From positions 173,357 through 237,356 of the forward strand of contig CALSCP010001674.1 in the NCBI GenBank assembly GCA_943704425.1: a stretch of 64,000 bases of DNA. The letters are read 5' to 3'. Origin of the DNA: Ministeria vibrans ATCC 50519 (Eukaryota > Protista > Filasterea). The notes beneath the pieces are model-generated. The model was not told the origin of the DNA. It ran no database searches and saw only the letters and a list, made by a program, of their open reading frames with translations. Shown one piece after another: positions 18,101 to 29,151 of this stretch. The position numbers and the translations under genes were made by a program. The first letter of the stretch is position 1. Each line of letters opens with the position of its first letter.

Positions 18101-19788
18101 TGTTGTTCTTGCAATTGTTGTTGCAGTTGCTGTTGCTGGTGCTGACGTTGTTGTTGACTGTCACGCATGCGTCGAAGATTGCGACGGAAGTAATCATCAC
18201 TACGAAGTTCACGTGAGACACGCGACCCCACGACTCCGTCGCTTGAAAGACGACAGAGTAACTCGGCACATGCAGCATGTAAGTTGGGACACATGTCGGC
18301 AAAGCGACTCAGACGCATAAGGTCCATGACAGCACGCAGGCACGACTGTTGATTGCGCTTCAGGACATAATCATCATCGTCGTCGTCATCATCTGCGCCC
18401 GCTGCTGCTGCTGCTGCTGCTGCTGCCGATGATGACAAACCGGCAGACTCGAGAGAGCGACCAGCACGTGCTGAGCTCGACACCTCGACGTCAACGCCAC
18501 CTGCCAAGGGACGCCGGCCAAGGCCCAAGAGGAGGTGAGCAAAGCCCAGAACACCGGGGAGGGGCGGCGAGTGCACCGAGGTCAGGAGAAGTGCCAGGAT
18601 AGCCTGTCGCAAGTGGACGCTGATAATCTCTTCGGAGAGCGCACTGGTGACGTCGTCGGCCTTGCGCAAGTCATCGGCAATGTCGGCGGCCCCCATAAAG
18701 CCCACGGGCTCCGTGATGGGAACGGAAAGCTTGTCAACAAAGCCATTGACACAGTCGGCGACCAAGTCAGCCATGTCGATGGAGCGCGCAAGAAGTCGCT
18801 GCGCCGTGGGCGACACAGTCAGGCGGTGGAGCAGGCGCACTGCTCGGAGACAGATGAGCGAAGAGACATCACTGCCGACGAGAAGGGCAAGTGCGGGCGC
18901 CTGTTGCACGACAACGTCATCGAGCCGTGCGCACCGACGTGGACACTCCTGCTCGCGCAACACAGTGAGCTGTACCTCTTGGCGTGTCATGGCCATCTCG
19001 AGCACTGCCAGTCCATTGAGCAACGCAGACTTTTTGTGTTGGTGCGCCAGACCGTCGCAGACAGAACGGTAGCTGTCTTCGATGATACCCAGAATGCCGT
19101 AGAGCACACGCGAGTGAGCCAAGAGAGACTCCATTAGTTCGCGACCAGGCTGCACCGCGGGGTAGTCAGAGGACGATGCGAGGGACAAACCACCATCAAT
19201 GTTCATGGCTGCCAGTCGACCTGACGATGCTCCAGCAGCGCCCCCGCGTTCCCCACCAGCGTGGCTTTGCCAAGGCGAGCCGGCTCCGGGTCTTGCGCCA
19301 AGCGGAGTGGTGTCAGGACGACGTGAGCCACCGGCAAAAAGACTCGTGTCCATGTTGTTGGTCTCGTTCATGTTGGATCCCTGTGCGGCGTTGTCGACAC
19401 GCGACGACGGGGCCCGGCCAGCAGTGTCGTCGTGGCCGCCGGGAACGTGGTAGTGGAGGAAGCGGCGGAAAATGGCAAGCGTTTTGGAGGCAATGAGCCA
19501 GCGATCGGTGGGATTGCGATAGGCGCGCGCGTCGAGTTTCAAAAAGACGGTGTCGCGCAAGAAGGCAAAATAAGGAGCAAAGCCAGGGGCACGATGGGGC
19601 GCGCCAAGGTAGGCAGGTGGCGGCACGGAGGCCAGAAGAGCGTCCAAGAGATGGAGGAAGCCCAGAAGAACAGGATAGACTTCGTCGCAGGCCTCAACTT
19701 CGTCAATTTCATAGCGAATACCCGCAGTGAGGTTGGCGGCCATCAAGGGGTAGTCACCGTTGTCATAGTTATTATTATTATTATTATT

Positions 19789-19826
<38 letters not shown>

Positions 19827-22044
19827 CGTTGATCACGCGAGTGGGCAGCGTCTGGAGCACCTGATGGGATTCGAGCTGAACCCAAAGAGCGTGAGCGTAG
19901 TCTGGGGTGATGGCAAAGGAGGCGAGGCAGTGGAGCACGGCACCCTTGAGTTCGGTGGGGACGGTGCAGGAGACGAGTGCAAAGAGCGCATTGGTGGTGT
20001 TCCAGTGGGGGTTGTCAAAGAGCACGGCGCGTTTGGTGTCGGACTGTTCGGCGATGGTACTGACGAGGGCAAGCATGGCACTAAGCCCTTGGACCTCGGC
20101 GGGCTCCATCACACGACCGCGGTTCGACTGGCTGTGAAAGTCGTTGCAATACTCATCGATGGCCGTGAAGAAGTGGTCGAAGGAGACTCGCTGGCGATTG
20201 CCATGCGAGACGGTCGCATTTTCAAGCATAAACTCAAAGATGTACTCGGCCGACTCAGGGATGGCGGCAAGGGCGGCGAGTGCCTTGAGGTACGGGATGA
20301 AAATGCCCGGTGAGCAATCGGACGCAAATCGAATGAAGCGGTGATCGCCGATTTTGAAGAAGCGCTCCACAAGAGTCGGGCGGTCGCGGTGGAGAGCAGC
20401 GATGAGCAAGAGGAGCTGGGAGAAGACGGCATTGTTAGCTTGCTCCTGCTCACGACGCTGCTGCTCCTGCTCCTGCTGCTCCTGTTGTTGCTGCTGCTGT
20501 TGTTGCATCATCATCATCATCATGGTGGGGCGAGCGTCGGGGAAGTCCTGGTACTCGAGGACAGCTCTCTCATCTTCCTCCTCTTGCGCCTTGAGACGCT
20601 TTGTAAAGTTGGGCGCCTTGAACAGGCATGTCATAACGAGATCGTGGATGTTGCCAGCAAGAAAATGGGCCATGTCGGACGAGGGCTGGAGCAAGGGAGA
20701 GGCGAGGACTGTGCCGGCGAGATAAACGAAAGCGCCGTTATAGGCGCCCTCGTTAAGGAGTTTCTCGGCACTCTCAGACTCCTCGGGAGAGCTATTGGTG
20801 AGCTGTTGAAGGAAGAGACCGTAGACAAAGAGAACACATGCGCGCACCTGCTGGTCTGCCCACTCGACGGCCTGAGCATTGGCATTGACCAAGTCGAGCA
20901 TGGTGCTTTCCTCGCGGAAGAGATCGTCGTCGGCGAGGTGGTGGTGGCGGCGGTCGTCGTCGTCGTCGTCGTCGTCCTCTTTCATGGCAAAATCAAGCGA
21001 CGAGTCGCTTGAGCGCCACTCGAGAGCACACATCACGGCCATGAGAAGCACCACAGTGACCTGTTCGTCATTGCGCGCAGCAATGGCTGTAAGCGAGCGC
21101 GACTCTGCGTCGGATGCAGACGAAGAAGAGGCGGCTGCAGTAGCCGCGGCCGCGGCCGCCGCTGCTGCGGCTGCAGTAGTACCATTGATACCACTGGTGT
21201 TGAGGCCGAGACGCTGCTGTTGCTGTTGCTGTTGCTGTTGAAGGAGTTCGGAGGAGACGGGGCGAGCGCTGGCGGAGCGCAAGGCAGCAATGAGACTGTA
21301 GACGTCGGTGCGACTCATGTGCGAGTGGAAAGCAGTGTAGTAGAGGCACTGAGCGAGCACAAGGCGTTCCATGCCGTAGGCTTCGACGTCATCGACATGA
21401 CCTGCCTTGGCAGCTTCCACCTGGCGTTTCGCCATGAGGTCGAGGAGACCGTCGGCGCGACCCATGTCGCCTGTGATTTTTGCCGTTTGGCCATCACCCA
21501 AGAGCTTGTCGACAAAGGCGTCGATGACGGCACCAAGGTCGCCGTCGTCGAAGAAGGCGTCTTCGTCGCTGAGCGGCGCACCCGACGTCGCACTGTTGCT
21601 GGAGGCAAAGCACCCTTTGTGCATGGTCAGCTTGAGGAGGGCACGCAGACGGAAGAGGCGTTCCGAGTGGTACATGTCAATGGCACATGCAACGGCCGCC
21701 GTGTTGGGGTCGCGCCCCAGCCGCTGCGCCTCCGTCTGGCCGTCGCGGAGCACGCGAGCCGCTTCAAGCTCGTTCAAATGGAAACGATCGCTGAGCGCCA
21801 GACTCTGCTTGACGTACTCGGGCGACAGCTCGTACGTCCGCTCGCTGTCCTCGTCCAGCGCCACCCGGCCGCTCTCGAGCGCCCTGCGGTCCGCTGCACT
21901 CGGAGACTTTTCCGTTGGCAGAATCGACAGCAAATACGTTTTGTGTTTCATCAAGATCGCCTCCAGAGCATGCGCCGCCGCCGGGCCCCGTTGGTTGTTC
22001 AGTACATCGTCAACGTCATGGAACAACGTCCGGAACAATGCCAT
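15200..22044 (-). CDS. NUP205: Nuclear pore scaffold protein Nup205/Nup192
   Basis: About 2200-aa helical protein; LSDRFHLNELEAA, VPTELKGAVLHCLASF, GIRYEIDEVEA..EVYP, LGAPHRAPGFAPYF.F and C-terminal IENTLFLLWRHLEYFL. One exon of about 6.2 kb plus two short 3' exons. Confidence 0.85.
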
Positions 22045-22198
22045 TGCCTATTTGTGTTTCAAACGTTTCAAACGTTTTTTTTTTCGAAAAAAAAGAGACG
22101 AGAGAGAGAGGAAAAAAAAATTAATAAGAAGAAGAATAATCGTCAGTCTCATCAAAATGGTCAAAAGATCAGCAACGAATCACATTCTCTTCCTCTTT

Positions 22199-24429
22199 AT
22201 GGTCCATCTTTTGTACGAGTCGGCCAGCGGCTACACGCTGCTGGAGGCAGTTGCAACCGAATCGATTGCTCTCGATGTAAGCAGCAGAGGCACTGCGACG
22301 TGCACTAGGATCATTCACGTGCGGCCTCCATCGGGCCCGGCGCACGCCGCACTGGCCCTGGCCCATCCGTGGCCCTTGGCCCCTTCCCATTCTGATGCGC
22401 CTGTTGCTGTGTCTTGCCATTGTTGGCATGTGGCAATTTTTTTTTTTTTTTTTTTTTTTTTTTNNNNNNNNNNCCAGGGCGCGATGAATACGGACGAGGC
22501 TGAGGGTTGCCCTCGTTTTTCTTTTGTGAGCGGCGCAAGCGTAGCGTCGGGCACGCGTATGGGATGTGTGAGTGCAGCGAATTGTACTGACTGTGGTTGG
22601 TGTCTGACTATGTTGCAGGCTGAGTCTGTAAGAAGCAGCATTGCGGAACTTGATCGGTTCGGCAAAGTGGTCAAGTTGAAGGTAAAGCGAGACGAGAAGA
22701 ACAACAAGACGAGTGTGAGCGGGTGGAGGATGAGTGTGTGGGGTGGGTTGAATGAATGAGATGTCGAGAAGCGAGGGAGAGAGAGAGATAGAGAGAGGGG
22801 GAGAGGAGTTTTGCATTAAATATTAACATGTCTTGTCTTTTCTCTTCTCTTGTAGGCATTCTCTCCCTTCAAATCCGGCGCAGACGCGTTGGAAAACATG
22901 AACAGTATTTCCGAGGTAAGGTGGTTCATGGAGAGGGCGAAAGAGGAAGAGCGAATAAGATTCAACGTGTTACGTGTGGTGTGTAGGGACTGGTGCACGA
23001 CAGATTGAAGACGTTTCTGACGGCGAACCTCAAGGCTGGTGCGCGTCTGGGAGTTGCCGAGTCCAAGATTGGCCAGGCCATTCAGGGTAAGATGACCCAG
23101 GCTTTTTGTTATTTTTCTTTGGTTGTTGACACGCTTCTTCTACGCACAGAGTTGACTGGTATCAAGTGTGAGACTGGCGAGATGATCAACGAGCTGCTGC
23201 GTGGCGCTCGCATGCACGTGGAGAAGATGATCAAGTCACTGCGAAGCGGAGACGTGGACAAGGCACAGTTGGGTTTGGGGCACCACTACTCGCGTGCCAA
23301 GGTCAAGTTCAACGTGAACCGTGTCGACAACATGATTATCCAGGCTATTGCCATTCTCGACCAGCTCGACAAGGACGTCAACACATTTGCCATGCGCATC
23401 CGGTAAGTTGTGTGAGTGAGTGAGCCAGTGAGTCGTTGTTAGTTTGTCAAGTCGGATTGTGTGTTGTTTATATTTTATATGTATATATTTTTATGTATAT
23501 ATATATATATACGTGTGTGTGTGTATATATGTACATGTTTAGACGTGTGTTTGTGTGTTTGTGTGGGGTTTGGACTCATTGAATGACATTGTTGTTTTCA
23601 TAGTGAGTGGTACGGGTACCACTTCCCGGAACTGGTCAAGGTGGTGAGCGACAACTTGCTGTACGCCAAGACGGTGAAGCTGATTCGGTCGCGCGCGTCG
23701 CTCAACGAGGACAGTCTGGCGGGTCTGGAGGAGCTGCTGATGGACAGCGCAAAGGCACAGCAGGTCATTGACCTGAGCAAGAGCTCAATGGGAATGGACA
23801 TTAGCGAGATTGATCTCATTAACATTATGAGCTTTGCCGATCGTGTCGTCTCTCTCTCCGAGTACCGTCTCAACCTTCACGAGTACCTCAAGGCTCGAAT
23901 GGGCTCAGTCGCGCCCAACCTCAGTGTTCTTGTCGGCGAACAAGTAAGAGAAAGAAAAAGAGAGAGTGAGAGATAGAGAAAAAAAAGAGAGAAAGAGAGA
24001 GAGAGAGAGAGAGTTGATGTATTTATATATTTTGTAATTTTTATACTTATGCACGTGTGTGTGACTAACCGTGTTTCTGCCTACGTAGGTTGGAGCCCGC
24101 CTCATCTCGCACGCCGGCTCCCTCACCAACCTGGCCAAGTACCCTGCGTCCACCGTGCAGATCCTGGGTGCTGAGAAGGCTCTCTTTCGTGCTCTCAAGA
24201 CCCGCGGAAATACCCCCAAATATGGTATCGACCATAATGACGTTCTCATAAGATTAAAAAATGCTTTTTTTTAGGACTGATTTTCAACTCGACCTTTATT
24301 GGACGTGCGGCTGCCAAGAACAAGGGCCGCATCAGTCGATACCTGGCCAACAAGTGCTCTATTGCGTCGCGCATTGACTGTTTCTCTGATCTCCCATCCA
24401 CAATCTTTGGCTCAAAGCTGCGCGAGCAG
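22199..24429 (+). CDS. NOP56: Box C/D snoRNP protein Nop56 (last exon(s) missing from assembly)
   Basis: [10 protein letters not shown]; [55 protein letters not shown]; [35 protein letters not shown]; [11 protein letters not shown]. Ends at ..LREQ|GT with no downstream VEERL/KKE-tail exon found. Confidence 0.93.
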
Positions 24430-24560
24430 GTAACAATGTTGTCGTATTTTTACTGACTGGTATTCGATTCGATTGGCATTGATCTCTTTTTTCTTTTCTT
24501 TTCTCTCTCCATCACTTCCTTTCTCTCTCTCTCTATCACTTTGTGTGTCTCTCTATCACT

Positions 24561-24655
<95 letters not shown>

Positions 24656-24705
24656 ACTCACTCACTCACTCCAGTCAGTCAGTCAGTCTCTCACAGTTTT
24701 CTATT

Positions 24706-27700
24706 CTATAGCAACAGAGGTCCCATTTCTTTGAGAACACGATCTGCCAACTGACGGATCTCAACGTCTTCGCTCGAGAGCAGTGCTTTGACCAGTGGCG
24801 ACAAATTCCGACTGCGCGTTTTCAGCTCATTGCGCGTCGAATCCACTATGGCCAAAAAAGAATAATAAGAACACATTGCTTTTGTGATGTGTGGAAGCGT
24901 TTGTATTACCCCTGATGAGCTGTTGTAAGGACCAAAGCGCAATGTGTTGGAGGCCAATGTCATGTGAGCCCAAAAAGCGCTCAAGGAACTCCACCAAAGG
25001 CGGGTTGGCCTTGAGAAGCACAGCATGGTTTTCCTCTGCAAAATAGAGAGAGAATAAGTGTGTGAGTCGGTGTGTGAGCAAGTGAGTTGGTGAGAGCGCG
25101 TAGAGCCAGTAAGTGAATGAGTGTGTATGTGTATGAGTGAGTCAATCAGTGTATGAGTGAGTGCAGTGTCGTGTGTTTACGGTTTGTGGCAAGATTTCCA
25201 AGAGCGCCCGCACTGTTGCACTGGACCTCCGGATTAGGGCAGTCAGTGAGACGCAAAAGCACATCGACAACACGACCGCCTTCAAGGGTCGCCATTTCAT
25301 GCTTGACTTCATCATTGAGCGCAATCACAGCAAGAGCCGCCGTCGCCTCGGCCAGTGCTGCGTGTGTGCTCCCCGGTCGCGCCGCCAGTCGCACCAGTCT
25401 CCCAATCCCACCCGCTTTCATAATCGCGATCTTGTTTTGTTCTGCCGCCGCGAGGTTTCTCAATGTGCCCTGTAAAACAAAAGAGGGGGAATAGGAAGTG
25501 TGTGAGAAAGTTGTACAAGAGATAAAAAGGTAATTGACAGAAAGAAAGTAAAAAATTGTGATTGTGACGTTTAGCCTGAAATGAGACACAGCGCGTCTCA
25601 TAAAGAATGATCAAAATAATACTGTGTCAAGTAGAGAAAAAGAGCACGTGTGCACACCAACAGTCACTTACAGCAGCATGACAGCGCACTTCCTCTGTCT
25701 CATTGTCCAAAAGATCACACAGCAAAGGCAGGAACCCCTCCGTGACAATTCGAATCTCATTGTCCTTGTGGATTGAGATATTGCGCAGCGCAGCAACTGC
25801 CGCCACAAGCACATCCCTGTCGTGTGTGTTGAGCAGCGGCTGAAGAGCCTTGAGCCCGTCAAACTCAACAATCCGAACCTAAAGCGTCATGAGCGAAGAG
25901 TGTTAGAGGTGTACGCAAGTCCCCAAAGAAACACAACACAATCCATAGAATAACAAAACACGAGCATAGAGAGAAAGAAGGACAACTCACACACACGCAC
26001 ACACACACACAAGACCCCCTCCGCTCCCTCTCTCTCTCTCTCTATCATTTTGTTTCTTTGTTTCTTTCTCCCTCCCTCCTTCCTCTCCCTCACCTGATTG
26101 GCATCATCACTGGCGAGGTTGCGCAGAGCCAGACAAGCCTGACACTGCACCTTGGACGACGGCGAAGCAGTCAACCGCATCAACCACGCAAGCACCTCTC
26201 CGTCATCGTGCTGCACAATCCGCCGTCGATTATCTGGATCAACCTATCATTGCAACAACAAATCAGTGACTTGAGTTTCTTCTCTTCTCTCTTGTCCACT
26301 GTCAGACTATAGTCTTACTGCCAGATTTGAAAGTGCTGCAGTGCAATAGTACTGTACGTCCGCATCCTACACGCCACAAAACACCACAAGTCAACTATGA
26401 GCTGTGTGTGTATGCATGTGTGAGTGAGGGTACCTTTGACCCAAGATAGTTGATGAAGAGTGGAATGGCTCCCGCTGAGACCAGCTGCTGTCGGTTCTGC
26501 TCAATGTGTGTCAGATTGAGAAGTGCTCCTGTGGCATTGCGCTGCACACGGAGATCTTTACTGCCCGCAAGACGGATCAGCGGAAGCAAAGCACCCGCCT
26601 AAAACACACACCAATAAATGGTCAATAAATTTTACTCGCATCTCTACTCGTCTATTCCTCTACCATTCAATCACGCTCTCCTCTCTCCCTCTCCCTCTCT
26701 CTCTGTCTCTCTCTCTCTTTGTTTCTCTCCGTATGGTACCTGAGCAATGCGAACTTTGTTGCCATCGTCGGTGGCAAGATTTGTGATGCAACCGCAGGCG
26801 TTGCATTGGACTTCTGTGTTGGTTGAGAGGAGGAGTTGCACGAGAGGCGTGAGCGCTCCCATCTCCACAATGGGAATCTTGTTGGCCTCGCACGTTGCGA
26901 GGTTTCCCAGCGCCGCACTTGCTGCCCGCTGTACTTCGGTGTCTCGAGAGAGTGCAAGCGTAATGATTGGTTCCAGTGTCTGTGTGTCAATGTGTTCGCC
27001 GTTGGCAACCGCCTTCTCCGTCACCTCAGCAAACGTCAGTGCGGCCGATCGTTGCAGATCAACGTTGTCCGAGTACGACAGCGTCGAAAGCGCACGCAAC
27101 GGTTCCCCTTCAAAGAAACTCGTCGTGTCTGAAAAATAAGACGAACACACAAAATGAGATTCTGTTTTCTGCTTTTTTTTTTCGCTTATTGTCATTAGGG
27201 AAAGAAAAAAAAGGTCACCCACACATCAAAGACGACACTGTTAGGTGCAGATTTGCCCTAGGAGGACTCTTAGAGCATCCCTGCTGCCATGGACGGCACC
27301 GCGGCGGGCGTGGGGGCGCTGTGATGGCGACGCAGCGGAGACACATAAAAAAGGCCGACAACGAAAAAGAGCAAGGCAAAAAGAAGGCCAAGGAGGCGCG
27401 GAGAGACGCAGGGAGCGGGCTCCGGGGAACGCCGGGGGCTGGCGGCAACCCCGCGTGGCCTTAAATGGACTCGGCAGTCGGGAGGGAAAAGGAGAAGAGG
27501 TTTTTTTTTTCTTTTTTTTCCAGTTTCGACAATGGGTCACACTCAACGGAAGTGCGTCCACGCACAAGCCCAGGGCGCGGGGAGGCGGAGGAGGGGTTAC
27601 CTCTGGAGTGCTCGAGGTAGCGCAGCAGGCTGGTGACGGCCTCGCGCTCGTCATCGAGCAGTAAAGGCTCATACAGGTCGTTGCGCTGCGATCGTCTGCA

Positions 27701-27721
27701 GCAGCTCGAGCAGATCCCCAT
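24706..27721 (-). CDS. VAC8: Vac8-like armadillo-repeat protein with N-terminal acylation motif
   Basis: MGICSSCC (myristoyl/palmitoyl); [22 protein letters not shown]; [23 protein letters not shown]; [14 protein letters not shown]; [14 protein letters not shown]; [15 protein letters not shown]. Confidence 0.9.
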
Positions 27722-27990
27722 GGCGCAAGGTGGGAGTATCCGAGACTAGGCAGGCGTGCAGTGCCCGGCCAAGAGAAGGAGTCGGGCGGGGAGAGTAATT
27801 GATCTGAGTTGCTGAGAGTGAATGAGTCATGAGTGATTGTCGAGTATTCATTCATTCTGTGGTTTCAGTCTGAAGTTGAGTATAACCACTTTGTGGCCGC
27901 TCTTACTTCTTAAAGGGAAAGTTTCGGTAGGTTGACTGTTTAAGGGTGAAGCAATACATGGGAGGAGTGTTTGGGTTTCAATTGACTTTC

Positions 27991-29139
27991 TCATCGGCTG
28001 GTGGCCCAGGTGATGGTTGCCTTGTTGGTGTTCTCGTTGAATGAGACGTGTGTGCCCGACGCAAAGGAGCGCTCCCACACGTGTCCCTTGTGCGTGGCGG
28101 GTCCTGTGGGCTCGCCCAGGGGACGCGAGAAGTCGTCGGACCATCCGTCACAGCCGCAGAAGACTCTGCGTTGCATTGTGAGGAGAAAGCGTGCAAGATC
28201 CGTCTGCGAGCAAAGACTCGCAAGGTCTTTTGGGTCACGATCCGAATGCGAATCCGCCCAATTGAAAAACACATAGTCAACAGAAAGCTCCGCCAGAAAC
28301 CCATCAACCCTCTTCTGAAGTTGCTCAATCGTGTCTTGACGCGCCAACTTGCCGACAATCACCCGCATGTTGCTCACATTCGCATTCGGGTTCATCACAA
28401 AGCCCCCTTGTGAACGGAACACCTCAAAAGAGTTGTTGCACATCTGGTCTTTGCCTGCGTTCCATGCGGCGGCAACGGCTTCAGACACGGGAGCACACGA
28501 GTCGCTCCACGGATGTTTACGCACCGTCATAAACTCACACACTTGCCACAGTTCCGTCGTGTCGTTTTTCCACGCTTTGATGTTAGCCTTGTCCAGGTAG
28601 ATGCCATCCACGACCCCGGTTGCGATGAGGCTGTGCAGTCCGGCCGTATAGCGCGCAATTGCGTCGGGCTGGTCAAGCGAGAAGACGGGAACGCCCGTCA
28701 TCCCATTGTCATTGACAAGACCCACTACGCCGCCAGAGATGTTGCGAAGACACTCGTCGTTTCGTGCAAACGCAGCATACAGCTCCTGGAAGCGCCAGAG
28801 GTACATTGAGTTCTGGTAGTAGCCAGTGGCCACTTTGGCGTTTGCCGCTTTGACGCGCCGCAACGTCTCCACGATATATCGACTGCCGTCGCACGAAGGC
28901 ACACAGGGCACGCCGCGGGTGTTGTTCTGCAGACACGCGTCCCAGCAGGGCCCCTCCCACTTCTCAATGACAACAACGCGCTGCTTTGCCAACATTGCAA
29001 TGTTTGTGTCCGGACGCGTTTGATTGAGACCGCCGAAATACGCCACGGGAAGCGTGGCGAGTGACGTGTCGGGCGCGGTCAGTCCCAGGCAGCAGGGAGA
29101 AGCAGTAGCCGCGAGAAGAGTGAGCAATAGAGCAAACAT
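27991..29139 (-). CDS. Intronless secreted glycoside-hydrolase-like TIM-barrel protein (GHL15-like)
   Basis: Signal peptide MFALLLTLLAATA from ATG 29139; VDGIYLD motif; C-terminal FSRPLGEPTGPA..WERSFASGTHVSFN recalled from uncharacterised GH-like proteins. Confidence 0.65.
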   Translation of the reverse strand: MFALLLTLLAATASPCCLGLTAPDTSLATLPVAYFGGLNQTRPDTNIAMLAKQRVVVIEKWEGPCWDACLQNNTRGVPCVPSCDGSRYIVETLRRVKAANAKVATGYYQNSMYLWRFQELYAAFARNDECLRNISGGVVGLVNDNGMTGVPVFSLDQPDAIARYTAGLHSLIATGVVDGIYLDKANIKAWKNDTTELWQVCEFMTVRKHPWSDSCAPVSEAVAAAWNAGKDQMCNNSFEVFRSQGGFVMNPNANVSNMRVIVGKLARQDTIEQLQKRVDGFLAELSVDYVFFNWADSHSDRDPKDLASLCSQTDLARFLLTMQRRVFCGCDGWSDDFSRPLGEPTGPATHKGHVWERSFASGTHVSFNENTNKATITWATSR

Positions 29140-29151
29140 GAACAAAATGGT

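Noticed and set aside
22290-22610. Full U3 snoRNA gene
   Set aside because: Short box-like matches only; interrupted by poly(T) and a gap; the distal CTGAC motifs are explained as branch points; U3 is normally independently transcribed.
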